Source: Patescibacteria group bacterium (GTDB lineage: Bacteria > Patescibacteriota > Microgenomatia > UBA10105 > UBA927). Taken from it: 64,000 bases of DNA. The translations under genes were made by a program, and so were the position numbers. The stretch lies in NCBI GenBank assembly GCA_049322955.1, contig JBMOPU010000033.1:784-64783 (forward strand), written 5' to 3'. The first letter of the stretch is position 1. Each line of letters opens with the position of its first letter. This document shows, one piece after another, positions 1 through 10,399 of this stretch. The notes below the pieces were generated by a model that did not search any database, had not been told where the DNA came from, and worked only from the letters and a program-made list of their open reading frames with translations.

Positions 1-2
1 CC

Positions 3-647
3 AACTATCTTGCGGCAACGCAAATCGATACCGGCGCCTATATAAACTCGTATCTTCCGAAGCCTTCGGAATCCGATTACAACAACGGGGAAACAATGTA
101 TGCGCTTATCCGAAGTTACGGGCTGACGCGGAAAGAAACCCATCTGCAATCGGTACGAAGGGCGGCGGAGTACGCATTGTCGCATTACGGGAAACAGGAT
201 TTTAATTCGGCGTTTTTCAGTTGGGGTATGGCGGCGTTTGCCTATCTGTATAACACTGAGCCGGAAGACAAGTATTGGGAATTCATGAAGCAAAGCACCG
301 CAAAATATTTTACCGGACGGGGAGACGGATATGAGAAACAGCTGAAAGACTCCAAAGTGCAGACCATTATCCCCGGGTCTTCCGTGTTCCTTGAGGGGAT
401 AACGCACGTCGGTTGGATTGCCCGGGAAAAAGATCCCGTACTTTTCAAAAAATTAAAGGCACACACCCGTGCCATGCTTGAACATCTTTTGCGGTATGAA
501 ATCAACAGCCCGTATGGGATGTACCGATCCGACGCCGAATCAGTGGGGCATGCCGTTTGTTCGCAGGTTTCTTGCGAGACCACCCGCATCGATTTTTCTC
601 AGCACAATATGTCGGCGATGTACCTTTACCTGCTGTTTTTCAAATAG
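3..647 (+). CDS. 5'-truncated hypothetical protein, possibly alpha/alpha-toroid (six-hairpin-like) domain
   Basis: Frame is open from the window start through the 96..647 ORF; helical, aromatic-rich, ends with an RIDFSQH motif. Confidence 0.5.
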   Translation, partial: NYLAATQIDTGAYINSYLPKPSESDYNNGETMYALIRSYGLTRKETHLQSVRRAAEYALSHYGKQDFNSAFFSWGMAAFAYLYNTEPEDKYWEFMKQSTAKYFTGRGDGYEKQLKDSKVQTIIPGSSVFLEGITHVGWIAREKDPVLFKKLKAHTRAMLEHLLRYEINSPYGMYRSDAESVGHAVCSQVSCETTRIDFSQHNMSAMYLYLLFFK

Positions 648-1162
648 TGCAGTGCATCTTTTGTGGGAAGCGAGGTGAGTAACCGCTCCGCTTCCTCATA
701 CGACTTCCATCCGTAGGTGAAAAATTCGTTGCCGAGCGCGTGACCGTCGGGGTGAAAAGCCGAAGCGTCATACGGCAGAAAATACCAGAGATCATAGTGT
801 TTGCGACATATTTGCTTTTCGGGATGCTCGATGACGGTGAGTGTTATCAGCGCAATCGGTGGCAGGTTATTTTTTGCGATGCTCAGTCCCCATTCTTCAT
901 TCGCCTCCCGCACGACAGCGTCTTCGGGAAGTTCATTCGGTTCGATGTGTCCGCCGTTAAACAGCCAAAGATCCGATTTTTTATGATGCCCGATAAATAC
1001 CTGTTTTTTCACAGGGTCAAAGGCGGCAAAATATACGCAAAAATGTGAGAACCGATTTTCCGCACGGGTGAGGTTGCCCCGTCGAATTCTTGCCAAAAAC
1101 TTTTGTTTATCGCCGGCACTCCCTTCCGCCGTGGCGACTCGCTGTCGTAACGCATCCCGCAT
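626..1162 (-). CDS. NUDIX hydrolase
   Basis: Nudix box GGHIEPNELPEDAVVREANEEWG; start placed at MRDALR (1162) to avoid overlap with the upstream gene. Confidence 0.85.
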   Translation of the reverse strand: MRDALRQRVATAEGSAGDKQKFLARIRRGNLTRAENRFSHFCVYFAAFDPVKKQVFIGHHKKSDLWLFNGGHIEPNELPEDAVVREANEEWGLSIAKNNLPPIALITLTVIEHPEKQICRKHYDLWYFLPYDASAFHPDGHALGNEFFTYGWKSYEEAERLLTSLPTKDALHYLKNSR

Positions 1163-1178
1163 GGGAGGAGTATAGCAC

Positions 1179-2774
1179 CTACTTTGCGGCATGGATTTTT
1201 TTGTAGATACGAATGGTCGGATGGTCAAATACGGTAAATGTTTCTTCGGTGAATTCATCGGAAAGCTTCCACGGTCCCAGGCGCGGATAGGAAGAAAATT
1301 CGGCTATTTTGGTAAAACCCAACGCCCCCGACGCAAGATCGGTATAAAACCGTGCGGTATCGGGATAGCTATCCTGCAGGCGCATAATTGTATTTTTCAC
1401 TTTCGGGCTTTCAAGGATGATGTACTCCGTTTCGGCGAGACGTTGACGGAGAAGCGAACGTTTTTCAGCAGTGTCCGGGGAATAAAAATTAACGGATGTG
1501 ATTCGGTAGGCGTTATCGCGTAAGGGGACTTGCGAAAATCGCAGAATACTGTTCCACTCCTCAACCAGTATCGATGAAGACGAAGGAACATTTTTTTGAA
1601 GCCATTCTGAAGCGGTAACGGATGTATGCGGCGACAGATATACCGATACATACATCACCCCCAGAATCAGTTGGGTTGCAAGGGTTCCGACACCTATCAC
1701 TTTTCCGATACGATGCCGGTATATCTTGCGGATAACGTATGCCGTAAAAAGCAGGTACATGGGGATGACAGGCGCGATGTATCGGGTAAATTTCAGATAC
1801 GTCCCCGCAAGAAATACCATGTATCCGATACTCCAAAAAATCATCGCGGTGATACTGCCGTTTTTTGGTCTGCGGAACAGCGCATACAGCATGCCGAATA
1901 TTCCCATTGCAAACGGTATGCCCAGGGCGATGGGGAGCGTTTTAAGCCAGAACAACGGCGTACTGTCAAAAAATTGTCGCGTCCAGTCCATCGGCAATCT
2001 TCCCGAAACCACATCGGCAAGGTATCGGGAACGCTCGGCATACCCCGCAAAATCGATAAATGAGTAGGGGGAAAAGACAAAGAAAGCCGTCAGGCTTATT
2101 GTCCCCAAGGTGATACTCATCCGTATCAATTGCGGGAGGTTTTTGTTCGAAAAAACGAACGATAAAATCGCAAGCGGATAAAGAAGATATGCGGTGTTTT
2201 TTGTTGCCAGCAATATACCCAACGTTACCCCGGCGGGCACGACCGATATATGTGAGCCGTGTTTTGCGCTACGGATCAACAGCGTCATGAGGAGCGGAAT
2301 AAAAAACAAAAGAATATTTTCGGTGGTATAAAAATGGGAAAGTTGGATAAGAAGCGGGGTAAATGTTCCCAAAAACGCCGCCATGAGTCCCGTCTCTTTT
2401 GACCACAAAGATTTGCCGATCGTATACACGCCGATGAGTGACAAAGTAGAAAGGATGGCTGATAAATATCTTCCCGTAATCGTGACACCTTCGGCGGTTT
2501 GTGACCAATAGGCGTTTCCCGAGAGTGTGGCGACGCCTGCCGACCACAGTGCGAGCAAATAGACGGAAAACCCGTTGTAGTCATGAAAGCCGGGGAAAAG
2601 ACTGCCCGTAGAGCGGAGGTGAAGGACTCCGTTGACGATCAGTGCCTCATCGGGATGAATCCTTGCCCCGTTATCCCAATCAGGAGACACACTGCGGAGA
2701 AAAAATCCCACCAGCAAAAGAAGCAGGAGCGTGCCGTGAGTGCGGAGAAACCGCATGCTGTGCGTGTCACGCAT
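1179..2774 (-). CDS. GT-C fold membrane glycosyltransferase (ArnT/PMT-like, GT39/GT83)
   Basis: N-terminal HPDE motif after first TM, many TM segments, KFTRY motif, soluble C-terminal domain. Confidence 0.8.
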   Translation of the reverse strand: MRDTHSMRFLRTHGTLLLLLLVGFFLRSVSPDWDNGARIHPDEALIVNGVLHLRSTGSLFPGFHDYNGFSVYLLALWSAGVATLSGNAYWSQTAEGVTITGRYLSAILSTLSLIGVYTIGKSLWSKETGLMAAFLGTFTPLLIQLSHFYTTENILLFFIPLLMTLLIRSAKHGSHISVVPAGVTLGILLATKNTAYLLYPLAILSFVFSNKNLPQLIRMSITLGTISLTAFFVFSPYSFIDFAGYAERSRYLADVVSGRLPMDWTRQFFDSTPLFWLKTLPIALGIPFAMGIFGMLYALFRRPKNGSITAMIFWSIGYMVFLAGTYLKFTRYIAPVIPMYLLFTAYVIRKIYRHRIGKVIGVGTLATQLILGVMYVSVYLSPHTSVTASEWLQKNVPSSSSILVEEWNSILRFSQVPLRDNAYRITSVNFYSPDTAEKRSLLRQRLAETEYIILESPKVKNTIMRLQDSYPDTARFYTDLASGALGFTKIAEFSSYPRLGPWKLSDEFTEETFTVFDHPTIRIYKKIHAAK

Positions 2775-2788
2775 GGGAGGAAAAAAGC

Positions 2789-3205
2789 TTAGATTTTTAT
2801 ACGATATCGCTTGACGTTCATCTTACCCGATTTGAGCTGTGTTTCGATTAAGAGCGTTGCGTTTTGTATGCCGCGATGCGGTGTACATACGCCGTGACTG
2901 CAGGTGCCGAAATATAGATCACGGGAGTCCGTGGTTCCCGCGGGGGTAATTGAACCGACCGCTCCCTGTTCTATCCCGTTTGCGGTATAGGAGAGCGTAT
3001 AGGTGACGCGGGAAACACTTCCCAAATTGATAAACGTCACGACGACGCTGTTTGTTGCCCGTGAAAGCCGTGCTTTCGAGTAGCCGCTTGCGGAAGATAC
3101 GACGGCTGATTTGGCACCACCGCGGACGCGCGGTTTTGCGGCAAGCACGGGGGTAACTGCGGCACCGAATACAACGGTAAGAAGAAATATTGTGATTGCT
3201 TTCAT
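2789..3205 (-). CDS. secreted hypothetical protein
   Basis: Signal peptide ending VLA-A; beta-rich; FGTCSHGVC Cys pair. Confidence 0.7.
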   Translation of the reverse strand: MKAITIFLLTVVFGAAVTPVLAAKPRVRGGAKSAVVSSASGYSKARLSRATNSVVVTFINLGSVSRVTYTLSYTANGIEQGAVGSITPAGTTDSRDLYFGTCSHGVCTPHRGIQNATLLIETQLKSGKMNVKRYRIKI

Positions 3206-3252
3206 ATGCCGATTATAGCAAGAACAATCGTCGCATGATACACTTTGGGCAT

Positions 3253-3891
3253 ATGAAGCGACCGATTGTTATCATTCTTGTTGCGGGTATACTTTTGGGC
3301 GGTTTGGGCGGGGGAGCGTATCTGTTTTTTTCGCGCACCGGAGGAACAAAAACACCCAACCTTATCGCGGCTAACCCGACGCCGACTCCCGTACCGACAC
3401 TTATTTCATGGGATGACCCCGCCGGTTTCAGCATAAAGTATCCCGACACGTTGACACTCAACAAACACGACGAGGATAAGGAAAATTACGCGCATCTTGA
3501 ATTTACCCATCCGTCGCATCCCGGGAGTGTCGTCGTTTTGGTCAAGGATCTCCCCAAGGGGGTAACCGATACGATTTCCTGGGGAAAAAAAGCATCTACC
3601 CCTTCATCGGCAATATCATTCGACACCGTGATAAATGAAAAACCCGCACAGAAAATCCTGGTTTCGTCGCCGGTAAAAACCGTAACGACGGGTATCGTGT
3701 ATGACGGAGTGCTTTGGTATATCGAAGCCACACTTACCGATGATGCGTTCTGGCAACCCATATACGACGGTATGCTCAATGACTTTACCTTTACGCCGCT
3801 GACCGGTTCCGGTTCGGAAAGCGATTCCGGTGCCGGGGTGCCCGCCAGCGGGGATGCCGCTTCGTACGACGAGGAAGAGGTGTTGGAATAA
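3253..3891 (+). CDS. membrane-anchored PsbP-like domain protein
   Basis: N-terminal TM, PT linker, GFSIKYP and terminal FTF motifs typical of PsbP/Mog1-like folds, acidic tail. Confidence 0.6.
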   Translation: MKRPIVIILVAGILLGGLGGGAYLFFSRTGGTKTPNLIAANPTPTPVPTLISWDDPAGFSIKYPDTLTLNKHDEDKENYAHLEFTHPSHPGSVVVLVKDLPKGVTDTISWGKKASTPSSAISFDTVINEKPAQKILVSSPVKTVTTGIVYDGVLWYIEATLTDDAFWQPIYDGMLNDFTFTPLTGSGSESDSGAGVPASGDAASYDEEEVLE

Positions 3892-3955
3892 GAGACATTT
3901 CTGTTTGCATATAGCCTTTCCTAGCCTGATAAACTGGCATAAACCATGGGAAATA

Positions 3956-3964
3956 TGCTATACT
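3956..3964 (+). promoter_or_regulatory. extended -10 promoter of the RRM gene
   Basis: TGcTATACT about 115 nt upstream of ATG 4081. Confidence 0.5.
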
Positions 3965-4080
3965 TCCCCTTGTCCTGGGAACAAAGTGGTGACGACGTCA
4001 AGTGTTTAGAGAGTCCTCTAGTTGATTTCTCTTAGGCAGAGACAGTCTCCTTCAAGACCTAAGGGGAAAGGAAATCCAAT

Positions 4081-4347
4081 ATGGCTATCAACTTATTCGT
4101 AGGAAATCTTCCCTACAGCATGACCAATGATGACTTGGCACAAACATTTGCCCAAGCCGGAACCGTCGTGTCTGCAAAAGTCATTTCCGACAAATACTCA
4201 GGCCGCTCACGCGGTTTTGGATTTGTCGAAATGAGTAGCGATGAAGAAAGCAAAAAAGCGATTGAGATGTTCAACGGTAAGGATGTCAATGGACGTCCGT
4301 TAGTCGTTAATGAAGCTCGACCTCGCGAAGAACGCCCACGACAGTAA
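4081..4347 (+). CDS. RNA-binding protein (single RRM domain)
   Basis: RNP2 LFVGNL and RNP1 RGFGFVEM; ends VNEARPRE. Confidence 0.95.
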   Translation: MAINLFVGNLPYSMTNDDLAQTFAQAGTVVSAKVISDKYSGRSRGFGFVEMSSDEESKKAIEMFNGKDVNGRPLVVNEARPREERPRQ

Positions 4348-4369
4348 TCTGAAACGAAGCGTATAAATT

Positions 4370-4401
4370 ACCCAGTCTCGCTCCGGCGGGACTGGGTTTT
4401 T
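4370..4401 (+). terminator. intrinsic terminator
   Basis: acccagtctcgc-tccg-gcgggactgggt followed by T tract. Confidence 0.85.
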
Positions 4402-4450
4402 GGTACCTTTTGCATAGTATGATATAGTCTACGCAGGAGGAACTGAATAT

Positions 4451-4924
4451 ATGAATAAGATACTTGTAGGATTTGTCGTTGTTATCGTCGGGGGCTTGGT
4501 CGGTTGGTATCTGTTTCGCGGGGATGTGAAACTTCCCGGCATGCAGATTGCCCCCAATACGGTTACCCCTGCTCCTACGGGAACGGATTCGAACGTCGTT
4601 ATTACCGAAGAATCGCCCGTATCAGGTAACAGTAAGGGAGGAGTGGCAACCGAAGTGACGGTTACCTATACCGACAACGGATACTCACCGGCTACGATTA
4701 CCGTAAAAAAGGGTACCAAAGTGACATTCAAGAATGAAAGTGCCAATGCAATGTGGACGGCATCAGGCGTGCATCCCACGCATCAGTTGTTGCCAGGATT
4801 CGATCAACTCAAAAGTGTTGCAAAAGGCGGCATGTATGAGTATGTGTTTTCCAAAATCGGTACCTGGAAGTATCATAACCACGTCAATCCTACCGATGGC
4901 GGTACGGTGGTGGTAACTGACTAA
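4451..4924 (+). CDS. membrane-anchored cupredoxin/plastocyanin-like protein
   Basis: N-terminal TM; YSPATITVKKGTKVTFKN and GTWKYHNH cupredoxin pattern; AGGAGG SD upstream. Confidence 0.8.
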   Translation: MNKILVGFVVVIVGGLVGWYLFRGDVKLPGMQIAPNTVTPAPTGTDSNVVITEESPVSGNSKGGVATEVTVTYTDNGYSPATITVKKGTKVTFKNESANAMWTASGVHPTHQLLPGFDQLKSVAKGGMYEYVFSKIGTWKYHNHVNPTDGGTVVVTD

Positions 4925-4942
4925 TCGGCAATTGTTCAAATG

Positions 4943-4971
4943 CCCTCGCCGCGTATGCGGCGGGGGTTTTT
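4943..4971 (+). terminator. intrinsic terminator between convergent genes
   Basis: ccctcgccgc-gtat-gcggcggggg then TTTTT. Confidence 0.75.
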
Positions 4972-4976
4972 GCATG

Positions 4977-7472
4977 TTACGGGGTGGGAGTCGGTGTTTG
5001 GGTGGGGATTGCGGCACATCTGCCGCCTGCCGGTTCGGTGCCGCTTATGAAGTATTCGATTTTTCCGAAGTAACAGGGAAGTGAAACGATGGTGTCGGGC
5101 TTGGGCTGAATTTCATCGGGATGCCCTTTCAACAATTCCACCATAAGATCATGCCAGATAGGAGCGGCTCCCGTGATTCCCGACGTAAGGTAGGGGTTCA
5201 TGGGGGAGTTATCATTATTACCGACCCATACCACGGTGACGTACGACGGCGTGTATCCAACGGTCCAATTATCCCGTTTGTCGTTGGTTGTCCCCGTTTT
5301 GACGGATACGGTATGACCGGGAATCACGAGTGAAGAATTCGGTCCGAACGCCTGCGTACGTGCGGCATTGTCGGAAAGTATGTTTGAGATAATCCAAGCG
5401 ACTTCGGGTTTAACAGCATCGGTCGTTTTGCTCGGCCGATTATCCTTGAGCACTCTTCCGGTATAGTCGGTGACTTGCAGGATAGGTCGCAATTCCTGAA
5501 GCTTCCCCATGTTGGCAAGACTCCCATACACGTTTGCCATCTCAAGCATCGTCACATCACCGCCGCCGAGCGCAAGCGACAACCCGTAACGACCAGGGTC
5601 GTTGCTCCAGGAGCGGATGCCCATGCGTTCGGCTTTTTCAAGCATGGCGGGTACTCCGATTGCGGCGAGGGTTTTGACGGCGGGAATGTTATAGGAATTT
5701 CCCAGCGCATACCGAAGCGGTACCGGACCATGAAATGTGCCGTCATAATTAACCGGCGCATATGGGGGACTTCCCGCATTTTGATAAACGATCGGCGCAT
5801 CATTGATGATTGTGGCGGCAGTCATACCGGTTTCCAATGCCGCCGCATACGGAATCACTTTAATGGAAGAACCCGGTTGTTGGTAGGCGGTCGTCACGTT
5901 AACGTTTCCGTCGCGACCGGTATCAAAGTAATCGCGGCTTCCCACCATCGCAAGAATATCACCGCTTCTGGGGTTGGTAATAAGTGCCGCACCGTTGCCC
6001 ACTTGGAGGGAGGCGAGATTGTCGATGTGCGTTTTGACGATTTCTTCCGCTTTTTCCTGTATGGAAAGATCAAGTGAGGTGATCACCCGTAACCCGCCCC
6101 GCTCAAGCATGCGGGGTCCGTACGTCTTTTCAAGAAGATCCTTTATATACATGACAAAGTGCGGTGCCCTGATGCCGATTCTCGGTTGCGCAAACTGAAT
6201 GGGAGCTTTGAGTGCCTGCTCCTTCTGTTCCTGGGTGATGTAGCCGTCAATTTGCATGCGTTCCAATACTTCTTTCTGACGGACGATGGCTTTTTCCGGA
6301 TGACTGCCGAACGGAGAGTACTCACTGGGCGCGGCGGGAAGTCCCGCCAGAAGCGCCGCCTCGGCAAGCGTCAGCTGGGTCACCGACTTACGGAAGTAAG
6401 TTTGCGCGGCGGATTCGATCCCCCAAGCCGTTCCGCCGTATGGCACCTGGTTTAAGTACATTTCAAAAATCTGATCCTTCGAAAACAACCGCTCGGCCCA
6501 AAATGCGAGAATAATTTCCTTTGTCTTTCGGATTATCGTGACTTCGGGGGTGAGGAGAGCCGATTTGATGAGTTGCTGGGTGATGGTGGAGCCGCCTTGA
6601 ATTTGTTTGTTGATGACGATTTCCGAAGCCGCCCGAAGAATACCGCGCAGTGAAAAGCCCGGATGATAATAAAAGTCGTGATCTTCAATGGCGATCGTCG
6701 CCTGTTTGACCACGAGCGGAATGTCTTCTAATTTGACCGGCGTTCTGTTTTGGTCAACATATATCTCATACAACAGTTGTCCGTTACGGTCCATGATTTT
6801 CGTGCTGACTTCCAGGTCACGTTGGGTTAATAATTGCGGATTGGGGAGCGACTTAAGGAATAGCCACGTGTTATACGGAACAAAAATAAAAATAAGCGTC
6901 AACACGACGCCTCCTGCAAATGACTTTATTTGACTCAACGGTGAGGGAGTATCGAGCACGGTGGCGATATGGGTGCGTTCGATCGGCTTTTCTTTTTGCG
7001 GAGGTGCTTCTTTCCGTTTCGGCAGAGCGATATGCGGCAGTGGGAAGTCGGGCACTCGGAGGTGCGGAGTCCGAAACTTCGGTATCGTAAATCTTGGAAA
7101 CCGGAATTCCCGGATATTGCTTACAAACGACTGCAAGCGGGTATCAAACCAGGGAGAAAATTTATCGAATGAAAGCGTGTTTCGGGTAGGTCGTGCCGTT
7201 TTGCCTTTTGCCCGTTTTTTGTCCCGTTTTTCCGCGATCCAATTCACCGCACTTTTATGTGTTTCCGAGAGTATCCGACCTGCTCCGGCGATAATCTTCA
7301 ACGGGAGAATGATCACAAACCAGACGATCGTGCGAAGGGTGTTTCCGATAGTAATCAGCAAGAGGATACAATACAGAACAAATTGCGCCGCGGGATTCAT
7401 GGTTTGATCGTCGGGGGATGATTGTCTGCGGCGCGCCATAGCGCCGTTTTTTATACCACGTCTTCGGGTCAC
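4977..7472 (-). CDS. class A penicillin-binding protein (PBP1A family) with long basic N-terminal extension
   Basis: GT51 motifs EDHDFYYH and GGSTITQQL; transpeptidase SSIK, SYN, KTG. Confidence 0.93.
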   Translation of the reverse strand: MTRRRGIKNGAMARRRQSSPDDQTMNPAAQFVLYCILLLITIGNTLRTIVWFVIILPLKIIAGAGRILSETHKSAVNWIAEKRDKKRAKGKTARPTRNTLSFDKFSPWFDTRLQSFVSNIREFRFPRFTIPKFRTPHLRVPDFPLPHIALPKRKEAPPQKEKPIERTHIATVLDTPSPLSQIKSFAGGVVLTLIFIFVPYNTWLFLKSLPNPQLLTQRDLEVSTKIMDRNGQLLYEIYVDQNRTPVKLEDIPLVVKQATIAIEDHDFYYHPGFSLRGILRAASEIVINKQIQGGSTITQQLIKSALLTPEVTIIRKTKEIILAFWAERLFSKDQIFEMYLNQVPYGGTAWGIESAAQTYFRKSVTQLTLAEAALLAGLPAAPSEYSPFGSHPEKAIVRQKEVLERMQIDGYITQEQKEQALKAPIQFAQPRIGIRAPHFVMYIKDLLEKTYGPRMLERGGLRVITSLDLSIQEKAEEIVKTHIDNLASLQVGNGAALITNPRSGDILAMVGSRDYFDTGRDGNVNVTTAYQQPGSSIKVIPYAAALETGMTAATIINDAPIVYQNAGSPPYAPVNYDGTFHGPVPLRYALGNSYNIPAVKTLAAIGVPAMLEKAERMGIRSWSNDPGRYGLSLALGGGDVTMLEMANVYGSLANMGKLQELRPILQVTDYTGRVLKDNRPSKTTDAVKPEVAWIISNILSDNAARTQAFGPNSSLVIPGHTVSVKTGTTNDKRDNWTVGYTPSYVTVVWVGNNDNSPMNPYLTSGITGAAPIWHDLMVELLKGHPDEIQPKPDTIVSLPCYFGKIEYFISGTEPAGGRCAAIPTQTPTPTP

Positions 7473-7515
7473 TCGACAAGAGGGGATTATCCTGCGGTAC
7501 TTTTGAACCGGTCCG

Positions 7516-9756
7516 TTATTTGACGATTGCCGCTTTTCCTTCGGGGTGCGTGCAGTCGAGACACCATCTCGTAACGCCGTCCCAGGCGATATCGTGTTCC
7601 TGCATTTCTACGTTTTCCGTCTGTCCCGCCGGGGCCAGGTCGCCGGTTGTCTTGTCGATCGGAACAACCTGTCTGCTACTGCCGCTTTTTGCGACGGTAC
7701 CTTTGATAAAGTATTCAAATCGCGTCGGACATCCGAGCGCATCATCGGGTTTATTGGATGCTTCCTGTTCGTTTTGGGAGCCGCCCGCGTTGGGGGGTAA
7801 CAGTCCGTTTGTGGTGCAGACTCTTCCGCCGACGACACCGTCCGGCTGTTTCGGCCAGATATCCGGCTTTCCCTCAAGCACCCTTCGCATGAGTTTATTC
7901 CAGATGGGAGCGGCACCCGTAATACCGGACACCAATGCGCTGTTCATGGGAGAATTGTCATTGTTGCCGACCCACGTGGCGACGAGGAACTGCGGCGTAA
8001 ATCCGATGGTCCAGTTATCCCTGAGGTCATTGGTGGTACCGGTTTTTACCGATACCGCACGATTCGGAATAACAAGCGCCGAGCTGGGACCGAATGCTTC
8101 CTGTCTCGCGTTGTTGTCGAGAAGGATATGGGAGATCAGAAATGCCGTTTCCGGCGAAACGACCCGCTGTCCGGTGAGCAGTAATTGTGACGGGATATCT
8201 TTCCCGACATTCGGATCGGTATATTCTTCAAGCACCTTCCCGTTTTTGTCGACGACTTTGAGAATCGATACCAAATCATGTCTGATGCCTGCATTGGCAA
8301 ATACGGAAAATGCCTCGGCCATATCCGTCATGCGGACCTCTCCTCCCCCCAGGGTGAGGGATAACCCGTATTTTGACGGGTCTGCAAGCGTATCGAGTCC
8401 GAACGCGGATGCCGATGCAACCATGCCCTGAACGGTGTTGAGGTACAACATTTTTACGGCGGGGATGTTCAGCGAGTTGCCGAGCGCAAACCGGAGTTGA
8501 ACGGGACCGCGGAATTTTCCGTCGTAGTTGCGCGGGCAATACAACGGTTGTCCCGGAGTACCGATAAAACAGGTGGGAACATCAAGAAACATCGTGGCGG
8601 GGGTAACGACTTTATTTTCAATGCCGATCGCGTAGTTTATCGGTTTGATTGACGAGCCGGGTTGGCGGAGCGCGGTCGTGACGTTAAATGATCCCGAGGG
8701 GGTCGCGAAATAATCGGTTGAACCGACCATCGCAAGAATTTCGCCGGTTGACGGTTTCGTTATGAGTGCCGCTCCGTTGCCGACACGGATATTTTTCAGC
8801 TTCGCCACTTCCGCGGCAACCGTCGCCTGCGCATAATTCTGCAGATCAAGATCAAGCGTCGTCGTTACTTTCAGTCCGCCGCGTTCGACAAGACTTTCTC
8901 CGTATTTTTCCACCAGTTGTTCTTTGACATACATGACAAAGTGTGCCGCCTGAATGCCTGCTTCCTGTTTGTATTCGATCGGTTCATTGGCCGCTTCTTC
9001 CGCCTGTTCCCGGGTGATATAGCCGTCTTCCACCATGCGATGGAGCACTTCCTTCTGACGTTCCTTGGCAAGTTCGGGATGCGCACCGTACGGCGAATAC
9101 AGCGTCGGTGCCTGCGGAAGTCCCGCAAGAATCGCGGCCTGTGCAAGCGTGACATCCTTTATGGAAACACCGAAGTATTTTTCCGCGGCGGTTTCAATTC
9201 CCCATGCGGTTCCTCCGTACGGCACCGTGTTCAAATACATTTCCAGGATTTTATCCTTGGAATACAAAAGCTCAACGGTCGGGGCAAGAAGAAACTCCTT
9301 GAGTTTTCGTGTGACGGTTCGTTCAGGTGTGAGGAGGGCGGATTTCACCAGTTGTTGGGTGATCGTGGAACCTCCCTGCAGTTTTTTATTGAGCACCGAA
9401 GCGTAGAGTGCTCTGATGATGCCTCCCACGGGATTGATCCCCGCATGGGTATAAAATGTTTTATCTTCTATGGCGATGGTTGCGTTGCGGACAACTTCAG
9501 GAATGTCGGAAAGCGGTACGGGCGATCTGTTTTCACCCACAAAAATATCGAAGAGAAGATTACCGTTCCTGTCATAGACTTTGGTTGCAAGCGGCACATC
9601 ATACCGACCCAGTTTGGCAGGTGAGGGGAGATCCCGTAATATGAACCAATAGAATAGTCCGATAAAGAGTGCCGGGAAAATCCAAAACACAAACTTTTTA
9701 TGTTTGGTAATATATTTTTTACCCGCCGTAAGCGCTTTAAGTCTAGGAAAGGCCAT
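7516..9756 (-). CDS. class A penicillin-binding protein (PBP1A family)
   Basis: EDKTFYTH and GGSTITQQL; SSIK, SLN, KTG motifs. Confidence 0.93.
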   Translation of the reverse strand: MAFPRLKALTAGKKYITKHKKFVFWIFPALFIGLFYWFILRDLPSPAKLGRYDVPLATKVYDRNGNLLFDIFVGENRSPVPLSDIPEVVRNATIAIEDKTFYTHAGINPVGGIIRALYASVLNKKLQGGSTITQQLVKSALLTPERTVTRKLKEFLLAPTVELLYSKDKILEMYLNTVPYGGTAWGIETAAEKYFGVSIKDVTLAQAAILAGLPQAPTLYSPYGAHPELAKERQKEVLHRMVEDGYITREQAEEAANEPIEYKQEAGIQAAHFVMYVKEQLVEKYGESLVERGGLKVTTTLDLDLQNYAQATVAAEVAKLKNIRVGNGAALITKPSTGEILAMVGSTDYFATPSGSFNVTTALRQPGSSIKPINYAIGIENKVVTPATMFLDVPTCFIGTPGQPLYCPRNYDGKFRGPVQLRFALGNSLNIPAVKMLYLNTVQGMVASASAFGLDTLADPSKYGLSLTLGGGEVRMTDMAEAFSVFANAGIRHDLVSILKVVDKNGKVLEEYTDPNVGKDIPSQLLLTGQRVVSPETAFLISHILLDNNARQEAFGPSSALVIPNRAVSVKTGTTNDLRDNWTIGFTPQFLVATWVGNNDNSPMNSALVSGITGAAPIWNKLMRRVLEGKPDIWPKQPDGVVGGRVCTTNGLLPPNAGGSQNEQEASNKPDDALGCPTRFEYFIKGTVAKSGSSRQVVPIDKTTGDLAPAGQTENVEMQEHDIAWDGVTRWCLDCTHPEGKAAIVK

Positions 9757-9795
9757 GGGGACATTATATAATAAGTAAAGAAGGAGACTCTACTT

Positions 9796-10398
9796 ATGTT
9801 CACACTTCCCGATCTTACCTATGCCTATAACGCCCTTGAACCCTTCATTGATGAGAAAACGATGCAGATCCATCATGACAAGCATCACGCCGCATATGTC
9901 AAAAATTTGAATGATGCATTGGCGGGAAATGACGCATTGCTCGCTCTTCCGATAGAATCCCTGATCAAAGATCTTTCCCAGGTTCCCGAGCAGGTTCGCA
10001 TGAAAGTACGAAACAACGGAGGCGGGCATTATAACCATTCGCTTTTTTGGGAAATTATGGGGCCCGGAGAAGGAATGCCGACAGGAGTTCTCGCCGATGC
10101 GATTACGGCATCGTTCGGATCATTTGCCGTATTCCAGGAAAAGTTTGCCGCCGCGGGAATGGGAAGGTTCGGGAGCGGTTGGGTATGGCTTGTTGCGGAT
10201 AAGGGCACGCTTTCCATCGTCGATACCCCCAATCAGGATAACCCGCTCATGGAAGGAAAAACGCCCGTACTGGGACTTGATGTCTGGGAACACGCCTATT
10301 ACTTGAAGTATCAAAACGTCCGTGCCGACTACATTGCCGCCTGGTGGCATGTCGTTAATTGGAAGGCCGTGGAAAAACGATTCGCCGACGCCAAGTAA
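9796..10398 (+). CDS. sodA: Fe/Mn superoxide dismutase
   Basis: [23 protein letters not shown]; AAGGAG SD. Confidence 0.95.
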   Translation: MFTLPDLTYAYNALEPFIDEKTMQIHHDKHHAAYVKNLNDALAGNDALLALPIESLIKDLSQVPEQVRMKVRNNGGGHYNHSLFWEIMGPGEGMPTGVLADAITASFGSFAVFQEKFAAAGMGRFGSGWVWLVADKGTLSIVDTPNQDNPLMEGKTPVLGLDVWEHAYYLKYQNVRADYIAAWWHVVNWKAVEKRFADAK

Positions 10399-10399
10399 T

